DNA from: Planctomycetota bacterium
GTDB lineage: Bacteria > Planctomycetota > UBA1135 > UBA2386
Reading direction: 5' to 3'
DNA: 64,000 nt
Assembly (NCBI GenBank): GCA_947501605.1
Contig: CANMWZ010000016.1
Coordinates: 1-64,000, forward strand
Part shown: piece after piece, positions 47,958-58,467 of the stretch
How positions within the stretch are numbered: position 1 is the first letter of the stretch
Layout of the letters: each line of letters starts with the position of its first letter
Made by a program: the position numbers and the translations under genes
Notes under the pieces: model-generated
Databases searched by the model: none
What the model was told of the DNA's origin: nothing
The model's input: only the letters and a program-made list of their open reading frames with translations

Positions 47958-49245
47958 TGCGTTCGATGTCGGCGCCGATGCGCTGCAGTTTCTGCTCGAT
48001 CCGCTCGTAGCCTCGATCGATGTGGTAGACCCGTCGCACGTCCGTATGGCCGTTGGCGACAAGGCCCGCAAGGACGAGGCTCGCCGACGCCCTGAGGTCA
48101 CTCGCCATCACGGGAGCACCACGCAGATTGGTGGTACCCTCGATGATGGCGCTTGGTCCTTCGCGACGAATGCGCGCACCCAGGCGCTGAAGTTCGGCCG
48201 CGTGTATAAAGCGCTCGGGGTAGATCTTCTCGGTAATCACCGAGACACCTTCCGCGGTCGCCATCAGCGCCATGAACTGCGCCTGCAGGTCCGTTGGGAA
48301 TCCAGGATAGGGCATCGTCGTGATGTCAACGGCCTTGAGACGTCCAGCGGCCGTTGGGCGATTGCGCACGAAGTCCTTGCCGATCTCGATGTCGGCACCG
48401 GCAGCGCGCATGCGATCGATCACCGCCAGCAAGTGCATCGGATTGGCATTCTCGACCTTCACGTCGCTGTTGGTGAGGATCGCACCACAGAGAAACGTGC
48501 CAGCTTCGATCCGATCGGGAATCATCGACCACTCACAACCGTGTAGCGCGTCGACGCCTTCGATCTCGAGCAGGTGCCCACCGATGCCCTTGATGCGCGC
48601 ACCGCAGGCATTGAGGAAGTGGCACAGGTCTTCGACCTCTGGCTCCATCGCCGCCGACTCGAGCCAAGTCGTACCCTTGGCCAACGTTGCCGCCATCAAC
48701 ACGTTGGCGGTACCAAGCACGGTCGAACCCATGTTGCCGCCGAGGAAGACGACGCCGCCGCGAGGGACCCCGGTGATGCTGACGTAGCCGTCCGCCATAT
48801 CGACCACACCACCGAGAGCCGCGAGACCCTTGAGGTGCAGATCTACGGGGCGATGACCGAACACACAACCACCCGGGAAGCTGACCGAGGCAACACCGCG
48901 GCGAGCCCACAACGGTCCGAGTACGACGAAGCTCGCGCGCATGGTGCGAACGAGGTCGTAGGGCGCCGTATAGACCGTCTTGTCCTTGGCCTCGATCTCC
49001 AGCGTACTGTCGTCGAGCCAAGTGTACTGCACACCCAACCGCTCCAGGATGCGCAGGAGATTGAGGACGTCGGTGAGCCGCGGCACATTGCGCAGCAGCA
49101 CCGGACCGTCGATCAGCAGCGATGCTGCCAGAATTGGCAGCGCGCCATTTTTGCTGCCGGAAACACGAACGGAGCCGCCGAGACCGCGGCCCCCCCGGAT
49201 ACGAATGCGATCCAAGGAGACATCCCTCCGCGAACGATCGGGCAT
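47944..49245 (-). CDS. murA: UDP-N-acetylglucosamine 1-carboxyvinyltransferase
   Basis: SGSKNGALP, MRAS, PGGCVFGHRPVDLH (catalytic Cys present), DRIEAGT and YPGFPTDLQ motifs. Confidence 0.97.
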   Translation of the reverse strand: MPDRSRRDVSLDRIRIRGGRGLGGSVRVSGSKNGALPILAASLLIDGPVLLRNVPRLTDVLNLLRILERLGVQYTWLDDSTLEIEAKDKTVYTAPYDLVRTMRASFVVLGPLWARRGVASVSFPGGCVFGHRPVDLHLKGLAALGGVVDMADGYVSITGVPRGGVVFLGGNMGSTVLGTANVLMAATLAKGTTWLESAAMEPEVEDLCHFLNACGARIKGIGGHLLEIEGVDALHGCEWSMIPDRIEAGTFLCGAILTNSDVKVENANPMHLLAVIDRMRAAGADIEIGKDFVRNRPTAAGRLKAVDITTMPYPGFPTDLQAQFMALMATAEGVSVITEKIYPERFIHAAELQRLGARIRREGPSAIIEGTTNLRGAPVMASDLRASASLVLAGLVANGHTDVRRVYHIDRGYERIEQKLQRIGADIERISEG

Positions 49246-49456
49246 GACCGATCGACCGCCGTCATTATTAGGAACCAAACCGAACGGACGACCCCACTGA
49301 CCGGCGGAATCGCACGACGCGGCGCATGCTAGCGAACGCAATTCGTGGCGCAATGCGGCGGTCGAGAACTTTCCACCGACAGGCAATACTCGCGCAGCGC
49401 AGCGACGAGAGACGAACCCCTTGCGACAGGGGCGCCTTGCCGTGGATGGTACGCGG

Positions 49457-50734
49457 ATGCACATCCTGCAGCTCGCGCACGGCATCCCCCCCGAGAGCGT
49501 CGGTGGCGTTGAGCAGCACGTCGATGGACTCTCGCGCGCGCTGGCGCTGTGCGGCCATCAAGTACACATCTACGCTCGAACCACGGCACATGGCCACGCG
49601 CAAGGAGACCTGCTGCCGACGCTGGCCGGCAACCCAGCGATCACCCGCGCAGTGTTCCGCTGGGAAGGCGTTCGCGACCTTGCGTCCATGTACGACTGCA
49701 TCCCGATGGCCGCGACACTCGGGCGCTTCTTGGATGCGCAACGCGACCTGGGCATTCGCTTCGACGTCGCCCATGTGCACCACTTGACGGGAATGTCGAC
49801 CGACTCCCTCGCTGTGCTGCAGCGAGCCGAGGTGCCGACGGTGCTGACGCTGCATGACTACTGGTCGATGTGCCCGCGCGGACAGATGTGGCATCGACGC
49901 GAAGAGGTGTGCGAACAGGTCGAGCCGCAACGATGCGGCGAGTGCCTCGCACAGACGTTCCCGGGTTGGCTGAAACCAGAAACGGGAGCCCCCGCAGCAG
50001 CGGCCCTCCATGATCGGGCTCGCGCCGTGCTGGCTCAGGCCACCAAACTCGTGATCCCGTCGGCACGGGCACTCGCGCCCTTCCTCAAGCTGGGCGTCCC
50101 GAGAGAACGCATCACCGTCGTGGAGAACGGCGTCGATACCGAGGCCCTGCGGATGTTGCCGCTCCCAGCCTGTGGGCCGGGTCCTCTGCGTCTGGGCTAC
50201 CTCGGAACCGTAATGCCCAGCAAGGGACTTCACGTCTTGCTCGAGGCGGTGCTACGGCAACCCCGGGGCAGCGTCGAACTCCACATCCACGGCAATGTGG
50301 TCCCCTACCACGGCGACGACAGCTACGGAACCCGTTGCTTTGGCCGACTCACGCCAGGATGCGGCGTTCACTACCACGGCCCCTACGCGACCGGAGAACT
50401 TCCGGCCATCCTTGGCACCATCGATGTCGTCTGCGCCCCTGCCTTGTGGCAGGAAGCGTTCGGGCTGACCGTGCGCGAGGCCTCGGCGGCAGGGCGCCCA
50501 GTGCTGGCCAGCCGAATTGGCGGCCTGCAGGACGCCGTCATCGACGGCCAGGAAGGGCGCGTCCTGGCCCCCGGGGATGTCGACGCCTGGGCCCTGGCCA
50601 TCGGCGAATTCGCAAACGACCGAGCGGCGGTGCGCACCATGGCCGCCCGGAGCCGCCCAAGAGCTCGCGGCTTCAGCGCCATGGCCGACGACCTGATCCA
50701 GGTCTACGGAGCGGCCCGGACCGCGGGTCCGTAG
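49457..50734 (+). CDS. Glycosyltransferase family 4
   Basis: [22 protein letters not shown] and [10 protein letters not shown] motifs. Confidence 0.9.
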   Translation: MHILQLAHGIPPESVGGVEQHVDGLSRALALCGHQVHIYARTTAHGHAQGDLLPTLAGNPAITRAVFRWEGVRDLASMYDCIPMAATLGRFLDAQRDLGIRFDVAHVHHLTGMSTDSLAVLQRAEVPTVLTLHDYWSMCPRGQMWHRREEVCEQVEPQRCGECLAQTFPGWLKPETGAPAAAALHDRARAVLAQATKLVIPSARALAPFLKLGVPRERITVVENGVDTEALRMLPLPACGPGPLRLGYLGTVMPSKGLHVLLEAVLRQPRGSVELHIHGNVVPYHGDDSYGTRCFGRLTPGCGVHYHGPYATGELPAILGTIDVVCAPALWQEAFGLTVREASAAGRPVLASRIGGLQDAVIDGQEGRVLAPGDVDAWALAIGEFANDRAAVRTMAARSRPRARGFSAMADDLIQVYGAARTAGP

Positions 50735-50865
50735 CTCTGGGCCACACCGCGCTTGACCGACGCCTAGGGCTCTGCCTACGCTCCCCTGCCCATTTTTGCG
50801 ATCGCGCGCCGCGATGGTCACAGCGACCACCGGGCCGTTGCGAGTCCATCCCCAGGAACGCCCCG

Positions 50866-52185
50866 ATGACCGAAATGCTCGCGACCAACGAACCCACCGA
50901 GTCGCTAGATCCCAACGCGTTGCTCCGCGGTGAGATCAGCTTCGCCGTGCTCGACACGTTCCGGAGCAAGGTGTTCCGCTCGATCAACGCGGTGGAGCAC
51001 GTGCGTGACTGGCTAGGCAGCCCGCAGGCCCAAGGCTTGCCGCGCAGCTTGGCGCTGTGGGCCCTCGGACGTCACCGCGAAGCTCTGCCTGGCCTCTTGG
51101 CCCAGAAACAGAGTCCCGCGATCGCCGATTGCATCGCGCGCAGTTACATCGCTCTGGGCAAGTTCAGCGAGGCGGAGGCGATTTTGACCCTGAAGGGCAC
51201 CGACGGACGCCAGGCGTTCACGTGGTTGCTCGCGGTCGAATCGACGATGGACGCGGCGCGCCTGCACAAGGAACTCGAGCGCTGCAAGAGCATCCTGGAG
51301 CCCAACGACCGAACGTTCTTTGAAGGCCGTGTGCGTGAACTGAGCCACGACAGCGAAGGGGCCATCGCCTGCTACGACCAAGTGATCGGGCTGGCACCGG
51401 ACCACAAGTACGCGCTGTTCCGCTTGGCAGTCAACGTCGACCTGCGAGGCGAAGACGAAGAGGCGCGAGAACTCTACGAGCGCTCGCTGATGATCCCGCC
51501 AGTCAACTCGGCTTGCGTCATCAACCTCGGCGTGCTCTACGAGGACATTGGCAACTACCGTCGCGCGATGCAGTGCTTCGACCTCGCACTCCAGGCGAAC
51601 CCTGAGGACGAGCGCGCACGCCTGTATCGCCGCGATGCTGCCGCGGCCCTCAACATGTACTACGATGAGGACCAGGAACGCCGCGACGACAAGCGCAACA
51701 AGCTGCTGCGCACACCGATCAACGATTTCGAGCTGTCGGTGCGCTCACGCAACTGCCTCGCGAAGATGAACATTCGTACTCTTGGCGACCTAGTCAAGAA
51801 GACCGAGGCTGAGTTGCTCAGCTACAAGAACTTCGGCGAGACTTCGCTGGCGGAGATCAAGGAGATCCTCAAGAACAAGGGCCTCCACCTCGGCATGACG
51901 TCCGACGAGCTGATGAGCCGCGATCTCGGTGAGACCGTTGACATCCCCGATGATGTCGAAGAGCAACCAGACCCGCAGAGCCCGGACCCGGTGCGCCGCC
52001 CGATCACGGAGCTGGACCTCTCCGTCCGCAGCCGCCGCATCGTTGATCTGCTGAAGGTGCGCACGATTGGCGATCTTTCGAGCAAGACCGAAGCCGAGCT
52101 GCTGGCTTGCCCGAACTTCGGGCAGACCTCGCTGAATGAGATCAAGACCAAGCTCGACGAGCTCGGTCTCTCGCTCCGCGGCTGA
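50866..52185 (+). CDS. TPR protein with two RNA polymerase alpha-subunit C-terminal domains
   Basis: TPRs ([13 protein letters not shown]), then [20 protein letters not shown] and [20 protein letters not shown]. Confidence 0.9.
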   Translation: MTEMLATNEPTESLDPNALLRGEISFAVLDTFRSKVFRSINAVEHVRDWLGSPQAQGLPRSLALWALGRHREALPGLLAQKQSPAIADCIARSYIALGKFSEAEAILTLKGTDGRQAFTWLLAVESTMDAARLHKELERCKSILEPNDRTFFEGRVRELSHDSEGAIACYDQVIGLAPDHKYALFRLAVNVDLRGEDEEARELYERSLMIPPVNSACVINLGVLYEDIGNYRRAMQCFDLALQANPEDERARLYRRDAAAALNMYYDEDQERRDDKRNKLLRTPINDFELSVRSRNCLAKMNIRTLGDLVKKTEAELLSYKNFGETSLAEIKEILKNKGLHLGMTSDELMSRDLGETVDIPDDVEEQPDPQSPDPVRRPITELDLSVRSRRIVDLLKVRTIGDLSSKTEAELLACPNFGQTSLNEIKTKLDELGLSLRG

Positions 52186-52257
52186 TCCTGTCCTCCAAGC
52201 CCGTCGGCACTTTTCCCCCTTGAGTTGGCCTCGCGCAAAGAGGCCGCGAACCGCGCG

Positions 52258-52851
52258 ATGTACGACCACCTCCAAGGTGAGGTAATCGAGAAGCTCGGTT
52301 CGCGAGCAGTGCTGCGCGTGCACGACGTCGGTTACGAACTTCGGGTCTCGCTGTCGACAGCGAGCCTGTTGGTTCCGGGCACGCAGACCGTGCTGTTCAC
52401 GATCCTGCACGTCACGGATGGCATGCCCATGCTGCTGGGCTTCGCCACCCGCAGCGAACGTGAGTTGGCGCGGAAGCTCTTGGCCACCAGCGGCGTGGGC
52501 CCGAGCACGGCACTCTCGATCCTGAGCCACTATTCCGCGCCGGAACTCGTGCAGGCGATCGCCACCAGCGATATCGCAGCCCTGAAACGCGTGAAGGGGA
52601 TCGGCCAGAAGACGGCCGAGCGCCTGTGTCTCGAACTGCGGGATAGCGTGCGGAAGCTCGACATTGCACCGGTGGACGCACGCACCATGACCCCGCTCAG
52701 CGCCGCCGACGAAGACGCTGTGCTCGCACTCCTGACGCTCGGCTACTCCGAAAAGGAAGCGCGCGAGAAACTCGGCAAGGCGCGCGGCAAGCGCAAGGAA
52801 CTTGCGATGGCGTCCACGGAAGAGCTGGTCAGGGCCGTTCTGCAGTCGTGA
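52258..52851 (+). CDS. ruvA: Holliday junction branch migration protein RuvA
   Basis: VGYEL, GVGPSTALSIL, VKGIGQKTAERL and ALLTLGY motifs. Confidence 0.95.
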   Translation: MYDHLQGEVIEKLGSRAVLRVHDVGYELRVSLSTASLLVPGTQTVLFTILHVTDGMPMLLGFATRSERELARKLLATSGVGPSTALSILSHYSAPELVQAIATSDIAALKRVKGIGQKTAERLCLELRDSVRKLDIAPVDARTMTPLSAADEDAVLALLTLGYSEKEAREKLGKARGKRKELAMASTEELVRAVLQS

Positions 52852-54691
52852 TTGCCTTGCTCGTCTCGCCGCCGCGATCGCGGCGCGCGAGCAGGACCAG
52901 TAACAACTGAACATCCGCGGGCCGAACGCCAGGAATGCGCGACGCCTCGCCGAGCGTGAGCGGTTGGCGCGCCAGCAGTCGGGTGCGGGCTTCGTTGCTC
53001 AGACCAGGAATCGCGACATAGTCGAACGACTCGGGGATCCGCCGATGCTCCATGCGACGCATCCGCTCGACCTCAGCACTCTGCCGCGCGATGTATCCCT
53101 CGTACTTCACCTCTGCCTCGATCTCCGCGAGGTCAGCAGGTGTCAGTGCGAGCGGCTCGAAGGCGGGATCCGACGCCAGAAGCTCGTCAGCGAACACCTC
53201 GGGTCGCCGCAACCACTCGAGCAAGGTGCGACCAGAACGACGATGCAATTCGAGCAGCTTGATCGCAGCGCGGATGCGCTGCTCTTTCTGCCGGACACGA
53301 TCGACTACCTCGCTGGCCAACAACCCCAACTGTTCGGCCATCGGTGAGAGTCTGCGGTCGGCGTTGTCGCTGCGCAACAGCAACCGAAACTCCGCGCGGC
53401 TGGTGAACATCCGGTAAGGCTCGGTCGGATTCACGCGACAGAGGTCGTCCACCATGACGCCGAGGTAGGCAGTTGCGCGATCGATCACAAAGGCACCTTC
53501 ACCGCGAGCAAACCGCGCCGCGTTGACGCCGGCGACCAGACCCTGACCTGCCGCCTCTTCATAACCGCTGGTGCCGTTGATCTGACCCGCCGCAAACAGG
53601 CCTGAGATGCCCCCGACCTGGAGATCCGCGCGCAGTTGATCCGTGCACAGGAAGTCGTACTCGACGGCATAGCCGGGGCGCAGCATCACCGCTGCTTCGA
53701 GGCCAGGGATCGTGCGCAGAAACTGCTCCTGCACAGCTGCCGGCAGGCTGGTGGAAATGCCGTTGGGGTAGACATCGTCGCTGTCTCGGCCCTCTGGCTC
53801 GAGGAACACTTGGTGTCCATCCTGGTCCGGGAACCGAACAATCTTGTCCTCCACGCTGGGGCAATAGCGCGGCCCCTGACCCTGGATTCGCCCCTGCACC
53901 ATCGGTGAGAGATGCGCATTGGCGGCCAGGATCTCGTGGGTTGCGCGGCTTGTGCGCGTGATCCAACATGAAATCTGAGGTCCGACGATTCGCTCGCTGC
54001 GGAACGAGAAGGGCTGCGGCGGATCATCCGGCAACTGCTCCTCGCACCTCGAGAAGTCGATCGACTTCGCCGACAGACGCGGCGGCGTCCCGGTCTTGAG
54101 ACGTGCAAGTCGCAACCCGAGAGCCCGTAGCGACTGCGACAACCGCGTCGCGGCACGCTCGTCGTAACGACCGCCGGCTGCCTCCCATTCGCCCGCGAAA
54201 AGCCGTCCACCCAAGAAGGTGCCCGTCGTCAAGACGACGGCCGGCGCGCGCAGCACAACGCCACTGTCCAACTCGACGCCATCGAGGCTGCGTGCTTCGG
54301 CGGGGCCGCGACAGCGCAACGCCACTACTTCGCCAGCAACAACTTCAAGGCCTTGGTAGCCGCAAACACGCGCTGCCATCACTCGATTGTAGGCATGGCG
54401 ATCGCACTGCGCTCGCGGCGAACGCACGGCCGGCCCCTTGCGCGTGTTGAGCATGCGGAAGTGGATCCCGGTGGCGTCGGTGCAGAGCCCCATCTCGCCA
54501 CCGAGAGCGTCGACCTCGCGGACCAATTGACCTTTGGCCAAGCCCCCGATTGCAGGGTTGCAGGACATGCGACCGATCGCCGCCGCATCGATGATGATCA
54601 TTGCCACGCGCCGGCCCATACGCGCAGCGGCACACGCGGCCTCGACGCCAGCATGGCCACCACCCACCACGATCACGTCGAAGTCACGCAC
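52829..54691 (-). CDS. mnmG: tRNA uridine-5-carboxymethylaminomethyl(34) synthesis enzyme MnmG (GidA)
   Basis: GGGHAGVEAA, MSCNPAIGG, KTGTPPR, GPRYCPSVEDK and GQINGTSGYEEAA motifs. Confidence 0.97.
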   Translation of the reverse strand: MRDFDVIVVGGGHAGVEAACAAARMGRRVAMIIIDAAAIGRMSCNPAIGGLAKGQLVREVDALGGEMGLCTDATGIHFRMLNTRKGPAVRSPRAQCDRHAYNRVMAARVCGYQGLEVVAGEVVALRCRGPAEARSLDGVELDSGVVLRAPAVVLTTGTFLGGRLFAGEWEAAGGRYDERAATRLSQSLRALGLRLARLKTGTPPRLSAKSIDFSRCEEQLPDDPPQPFSFRSERIVGPQISCWITRTSRATHEILAANAHLSPMVQGRIQGQGPRYCPSVEDKIVRFPDQDGHQVFLEPEGRDSDDVYPNGISTSLPAAVQEQFLRTIPGLEAAVMLRPGYAVEYDFLCTDQLRADLQVGGISGLFAAGQINGTSGYEEAAGQGLVAGVNAARFARGEGAFVIDRATAYLGVMVDDLCRVNPTEPYRMFTSRAEFRLLLRSDNADRRLSPMAEQLGLLASEVVDRVRQKEQRIRAAIKLLELHRRSGRTLLEWLRRPEVFADELLASDPAFEPLALTPADLAEIEAEVKYEGYIARQSAEVERMRRMEHRRIPESFDYVAIPGLSNEARTRLLARQPLTLGEASRIPGVRPADVQLLLVLLARRDRGGETSKAITTAERP

Positions 54692-54760
54692 AGAACGGCA
54701 GACTAGCGAACGGCGACCGCTAGCGCAGCCGGACTCCTTTCTGGGGCGCAGTTGTCGGAC

Positions 54761-54835
54761 TCAGCCCACGTCGGGTCGGGATCGCGCGTAGATGCGCCGG
54801 AGTTGCTCGTGATTGCGTAGGATGTAGGTCCACAT
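54761..54835 (-). CDS. Putative leaderless 24-aa peptide MWTYILRNHEQLRRIYARSRPDVG
   Basis: ATG lies 8 nt after a sigma28-like -10 box; the ORF fills the intergenic gap; coding-like codons. Confidence 0.5.
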   Translation of the reverse strand: MWTYILRNHEQLRRIYARSRPDVG

Positions 54836-54843
54836 GCGCATCA

Positions 54844-54871
54844 CCATCGGCCGCATCGCAGGTGGGCTTGA
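54844..54871 (-). promoter_or_regulatory. Sigma28-like promoter TCAAG-N15-GCCGATGG
   Basis: Same motif and spacing as at 28254, 32441 and 37551. Confidence 0.6.
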
Positions 54872-54927
54872 ACTACGGGAAGAGCCGCCGCTCGCACGTC
54901 GGGCGCCGCCCCCGCTAGACTCCGGCG

Positions 54928-56235
54928 ATGCACGACGCCTGCCGTCTCTTGCTGCCGCTGCTCGCCACCGTGGTGGCCACCACCCTACCGGCGCAAGTCT
55001 CGTTGCACGACTTACCGGCCCTGGCGCGATCCCGAGCTGAACGGCTGCGGCCGGCCCAGGAGAAAGCCCTGGAGCCGTTCTGGTCAGACCTCTCGCTGGA
55101 GTATCGCGACAACGCGCCGTATCTGGACCAGCGAATCGCACAGGTCGCCGCCATCGGCGACAGTGCCGTGCCGATGCTCCTGGAGAAGCTCCAGCCTGTA
55201 GCGGGCAACGACAAGGCGCGTAGCCTCGCCGCCAACAGTCGCCGCGTCCTGGAGAAGCTCGATCCGGCTAGTTTCCTCGACGCCCTTGTCGAACTTGCCC
55301 GCAGCAACAACGAGGTCGCTCGCGTCGAGTCAATCCAGCTGCTCGGCCGCTCCAGCTCGGCTCGTGCCGTGCCCGTGCTGATGGCCCTCTTGGATCAGGC
55401 CAACCCCGGCGAGAACTTGTTGATCCTGCAGGCGTTGACGCGCCTTCACGACCCGGCCCATGCCGAGCGCATTGTCCGCATGCTGGGCTCCGGCGACCGT
55501 ACCGTCCGTGGGGCGGTGCTCGACTACCTCGTAGCCGCGGCCCCAGTTGCGGTGCTATCCACGGTGCTGCAGGCCCTTCCCAACGAGAAGGAGCGCAACG
55601 TGCTGCCGAAGTACATTCAGTACTTTGCCACCGTCGCCCGCGAACAGGAGGCCGTTGCAAGAGCACTGTTGCCGCTGCTCGACCGAGAGAAGCTCGACTA
55701 TCGCGACCTCCTCGTCCTGGTCGAGAAGCTCGCGACCATCGCGCCCAAGGACCACGAACCCACGCAGAGAAAGCTCTTGGAGTGGATCGACGGCGGCGAG
55801 ACGGGTTCGCTGGCCCTGGCGGCAGCGACGACCCTGCGCACGCTCGGCGACCGGTCGGGAATGAAGAAGCTCCTCTCGACGATCAACGAGCAATTGAAGC
55901 GCCCTCAGCGTCGGCAGGACCCGCAGCTTTTCGAAGACCGCGCCAACCTGCACGCAGCGAACGCCGACTGGAAAGACGCGTCGGACGACTTCGAGAAGGT
56001 GCTCGAGTTCAGCCAAAGCGCCTTGCTTCAGCGCCGCATCCGTGGCCAGTTGATCCGCAGCGAGGCGCACCGAAGCCGCTGGGATCGCATGCTCAAGCAC
56101 TTGAAGGACAGCGGACTCACGCTGGCGGAGATTGAAGTGCTGGCCCAGGAGGACCCCGCCGTCCAGGAAGGCCTGGAGCGGCCCAGCATCCGTAGTTGGA
56201 TGCAGACGCTGCAGCGCGAAGCCAGCGGGCGCTGA
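54928..56235 (+). CDS. Secreted HEAT-repeat/TPR protein
   Basis: Signal peptide ending LPAQ; HEAT-like repeats (AVPMLLEKL, AVPVLMALL) and a C-terminal TPR. Confidence 0.8.
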   Translation: MHDACRLLLPLLATVVATTLPAQVSLHDLPALARSRAERLRPAQEKALEPFWSDLSLEYRDNAPYLDQRIAQVAAIGDSAVPMLLEKLQPVAGNDKARSLAANSRRVLEKLDPASFLDALVELARSNNEVARVESIQLLGRSSSARAVPVLMALLDQANPGENLLILQALTRLHDPAHAERIVRMLGSGDRTVRGAVLDYLVAAAPVAVLSTVLQALPNEKERNVLPKYIQYFATVAREQEAVARALLPLLDREKLDYRDLLVLVEKLATIAPKDHEPTQRKLLEWIDGGETGSLALAAATTLRTLGDRSGMKKLLSTINEQLKRPQRRQDPQLFEDRANLHAANADWKDASDDFEKVLEFSQSALLQRRIRGQLIRSEAHRSRWDRMLKHLKDSGLTLAEIEVLAQEDPAVQEGLERPSIRSWMQTLQREASGR

Positions 56236-56414
56236 CCGGACGCGACCGCCAGTTGCAGCAGCGGCCTGGCGAAGTTGAGGCAACGGTCGAGGACCGTGCG
56301 GGGCCGTTCTTGACCCAGAGGCATCGACACGCGAACATCCTTCGCCCCTTTGTCGCGCCGTCCGGTCGACGACCGGACCGACGAAGGCCCTCGTCCGAGA
56401 GCATTCCTCCCATC

Positions 56415-57713
56415 ATGCAAGTTCAGGTTGCCGAGACTGGCCCCTGCAGCCGCAGCGTCACCGTCCAGGTCCCGATCGCAGCGATCCGCGAACACGTGGA
56501 TGCGATGTACGACTCCGCCAACCAGCAGGTGCGGATGAAAGGATTCCGGCCTGGCAAGGTGCCCCGCAAGCTGCTCGAGAAGCAGTTCTCCTCGAGCATC
56601 CTCAAGGAGGCCAAGGAGCAGTTGATCTCACGCTTTTTCAACGAAGCGTGCCGCGAGCAACAGATCACCCCGATCGGTCGCATCCTGATCGACGACTTCG
56701 AGCAGCTCGAAGTGAAGCTCGATGCCGAGTTGAAATTCACCGTCAAGGTGGACGTGCGCCCTCAGTTCGAAGTTGGCGACGCCAAGGGGCTGGAGATGCA
56801 GGCGTACACGACGGTCGTAACCGACACCGAGATCGACAGCGCGCTGCAAGAGATTGCCAACCAGAAGCGGTCGATCCAGAAAGTCGAAGAAGCAGCGCAA
56901 AAGGGCGACTTCGTAAAAGTTGACATGCGGTTCGACGACGCCGCGGGCAACCAGGTGCACAGCCGAAAGGCCGTGCAACTGAACACCAACATCCCAATCG
57001 CTGGCACCGAGGCGGCGCAGTTCGAGCAGGCCCTCGTCGGCGCAACCGCCGGCAAACCGATCGAACTGGCGATGACATTCCCAGCCAACTTCGAGAAGGA
57101 CGCGTACCGCAACCAACCCGGCAAGGCCGTGTTGGAGGTCCTTGAGGTACTGCGCGTAACAGCGCCGCCGATCGACGACGCACTGGCCAAGGGCCTCGAT
57201 TTCGATAGCTTGGCCGCCCTGCGTGAGGACCTTCGCGCACGCATCGGCTCCGAGAAGGAACGCATCGGCAAACTCCAGCAGGAGGACCAGTGCCTTCAAC
57301 AGTTGATCGATCGCCACACGTTCCACCTGCCGGGTTCGCTGGTCGAGGAGCAGCAGGTTGCGTCGCTGCGCTCGTTTGCTCAGCGCCTGGAGCAATCGGG
57401 GATGGGCAAGGAAGAGATCGAGAAGAAGCTCGAAGAATCGAGGGACGAAGCCCGACAAGACGCCGAGCGACGCGTGAAGCTCTTCTTCCTTGTCGAGGGA
57501 GTCGCGCGGCAGCAGAAGCTGTTCGTGACCGAGGGCGACGTCGAAGGCGAGATCCGCAAGATTGCGCAGGCAAATTCGGTCGGACCGGCGGCCGTCGTCG
57601 AACACCTGGAGAAGAACAACCAGTTGGGCGAGTTGCGACTGGCGTTGCTCGAACGGAAGGTGCGCGATTTCCTCAGAGAGAACGCGCGACTCGTCGATAA
57701 GACCGCGACCTAG
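56415..57713 (+). CDS. tig: Trigger factor
   Basis: GFRPGKVP signature; upstream of clpP-clpX. Confidence 0.95.
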   Translation: MQVQVAETGPCSRSVTVQVPIAAIREHVDAMYDSANQQVRMKGFRPGKVPRKLLEKQFSSSILKEAKEQLISRFFNEACREQQITPIGRILIDDFEQLEVKLDAELKFTVKVDVRPQFEVGDAKGLEMQAYTTVVTDTEIDSALQEIANQKRSIQKVEEAAQKGDFVKVDMRFDDAAGNQVHSRKAVQLNTNIPIAGTEAAQFEQALVGATAGKPIELAMTFPANFEKDAYRNQPGKAVLEVLEVLRVTAPPIDDALAKGLDFDSLAALREDLRARIGSEKERIGKLQQEDQCLQQLIDRHTFHLPGSLVEEQQVASLRSFAQRLEQSGMGKEEIEKKLEESRDEARQDAERRVKLFFLVEGVARQQKLFVTEGDVEGEIRKIAQANSVGPAAVVEHLEKNNQLGELRLALLERKVRDFLRENARLVDKTAT

Positions 57714-57730
57714 GCCTATCCGCACTCACC

Positions 57731-58327
57731 ATGAACTCCGCCAACCACTACATCCCCTTCGTCATCGAGAAGACCGGCCGCGGTGAGCGTCAGTACGACA
57801 TCTACAGCCGCCTCCTCGAGGATCGAATCGTCTTCATCGGCTCGGAGATCGACGATTACGTGGCGAACTCGGTCATCGCCCAGCTGCTGTTCCTGCAGAA
57901 AGAGAACAAGACGCAGGACATCAACCTGTTTCTGAACTCGCCCGGAGGCAGCGTGACAGCGGGTTTGGCGATCTACGACACCATGCAGTTCGTGCAGTGC
58001 CCGGTCGCGACATACTGCATCGGCCAAGCCGCATCGATGGGAGCTGTGCTTCTGGCAGCGGGGACAAAGGGCAAGCGTCACGCACTGCCAAACTCCCGCA
58101 TCATGATCCACCAGCCTTGGGGTGGGGTCGGCGGCACGGCCATCGACATCGCGATTCAGGCCGACGAGATACTGCGACTGAAGAAGACGCTGAGTCAAAT
58201 CCTCGGCAAGCACTGCACCCGCGACGCGGACAAGGTGGAGCGCGAGAGTGATCGCGACTTCTTCATGGGTGCGAAAGAGGCCAAGGAGTATGGCCTCATC
58301 GACGAGATCGTCGAAACGAGCAAGTAA
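57731..58327 (+). CDS. clpP: ATP-dependent Clp protease proteolytic subunit
   Basis: DIYSRLL, NSPGG, QAASMG and IMIHQP motifs. Confidence 0.97.
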   Translation: MNSANHYIPFVIEKTGRGERQYDIYSRLLEDRIVFIGSEIDDYVANSVIAQLLFLQKENKTQDINLFLNSPGGSVTAGLAIYDTMQFVQCPVATYCIGQAASMGAVLLAAGTKGKRHALPNSRIMIHQPWGGVGGTAIDIAIQADEILRLKKTLSQILGKHCTRDADKVERESDRDFFMGAKEAKEYGLIDEIVETSK

Positions 58328-58467
58328 TCCGCCCTTCCCTCGCGGAGAGGATCGAACCCGGTCTTTTGCCGAGGGTTCGAGGCACCGCGCGAAATGCTGC
58401 CCTAGCGCGGTGCGCCTTCTAGACCGATCGGGTAGCATGGGCCCTCGGGCCGCACCCGATCGAAACC

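Noticed and set aside
47944..49245. murA in a probable planctomycete
   Set aside because: Peptidoglycan synthesis in this phylum is established, and the sequence is canonical.
52258..52851. ruvA without adjacent ruvB or ruvC, overlapping mnmG tail to tail
   Set aside because: Split ruv genes and short convergent overlaps are common.
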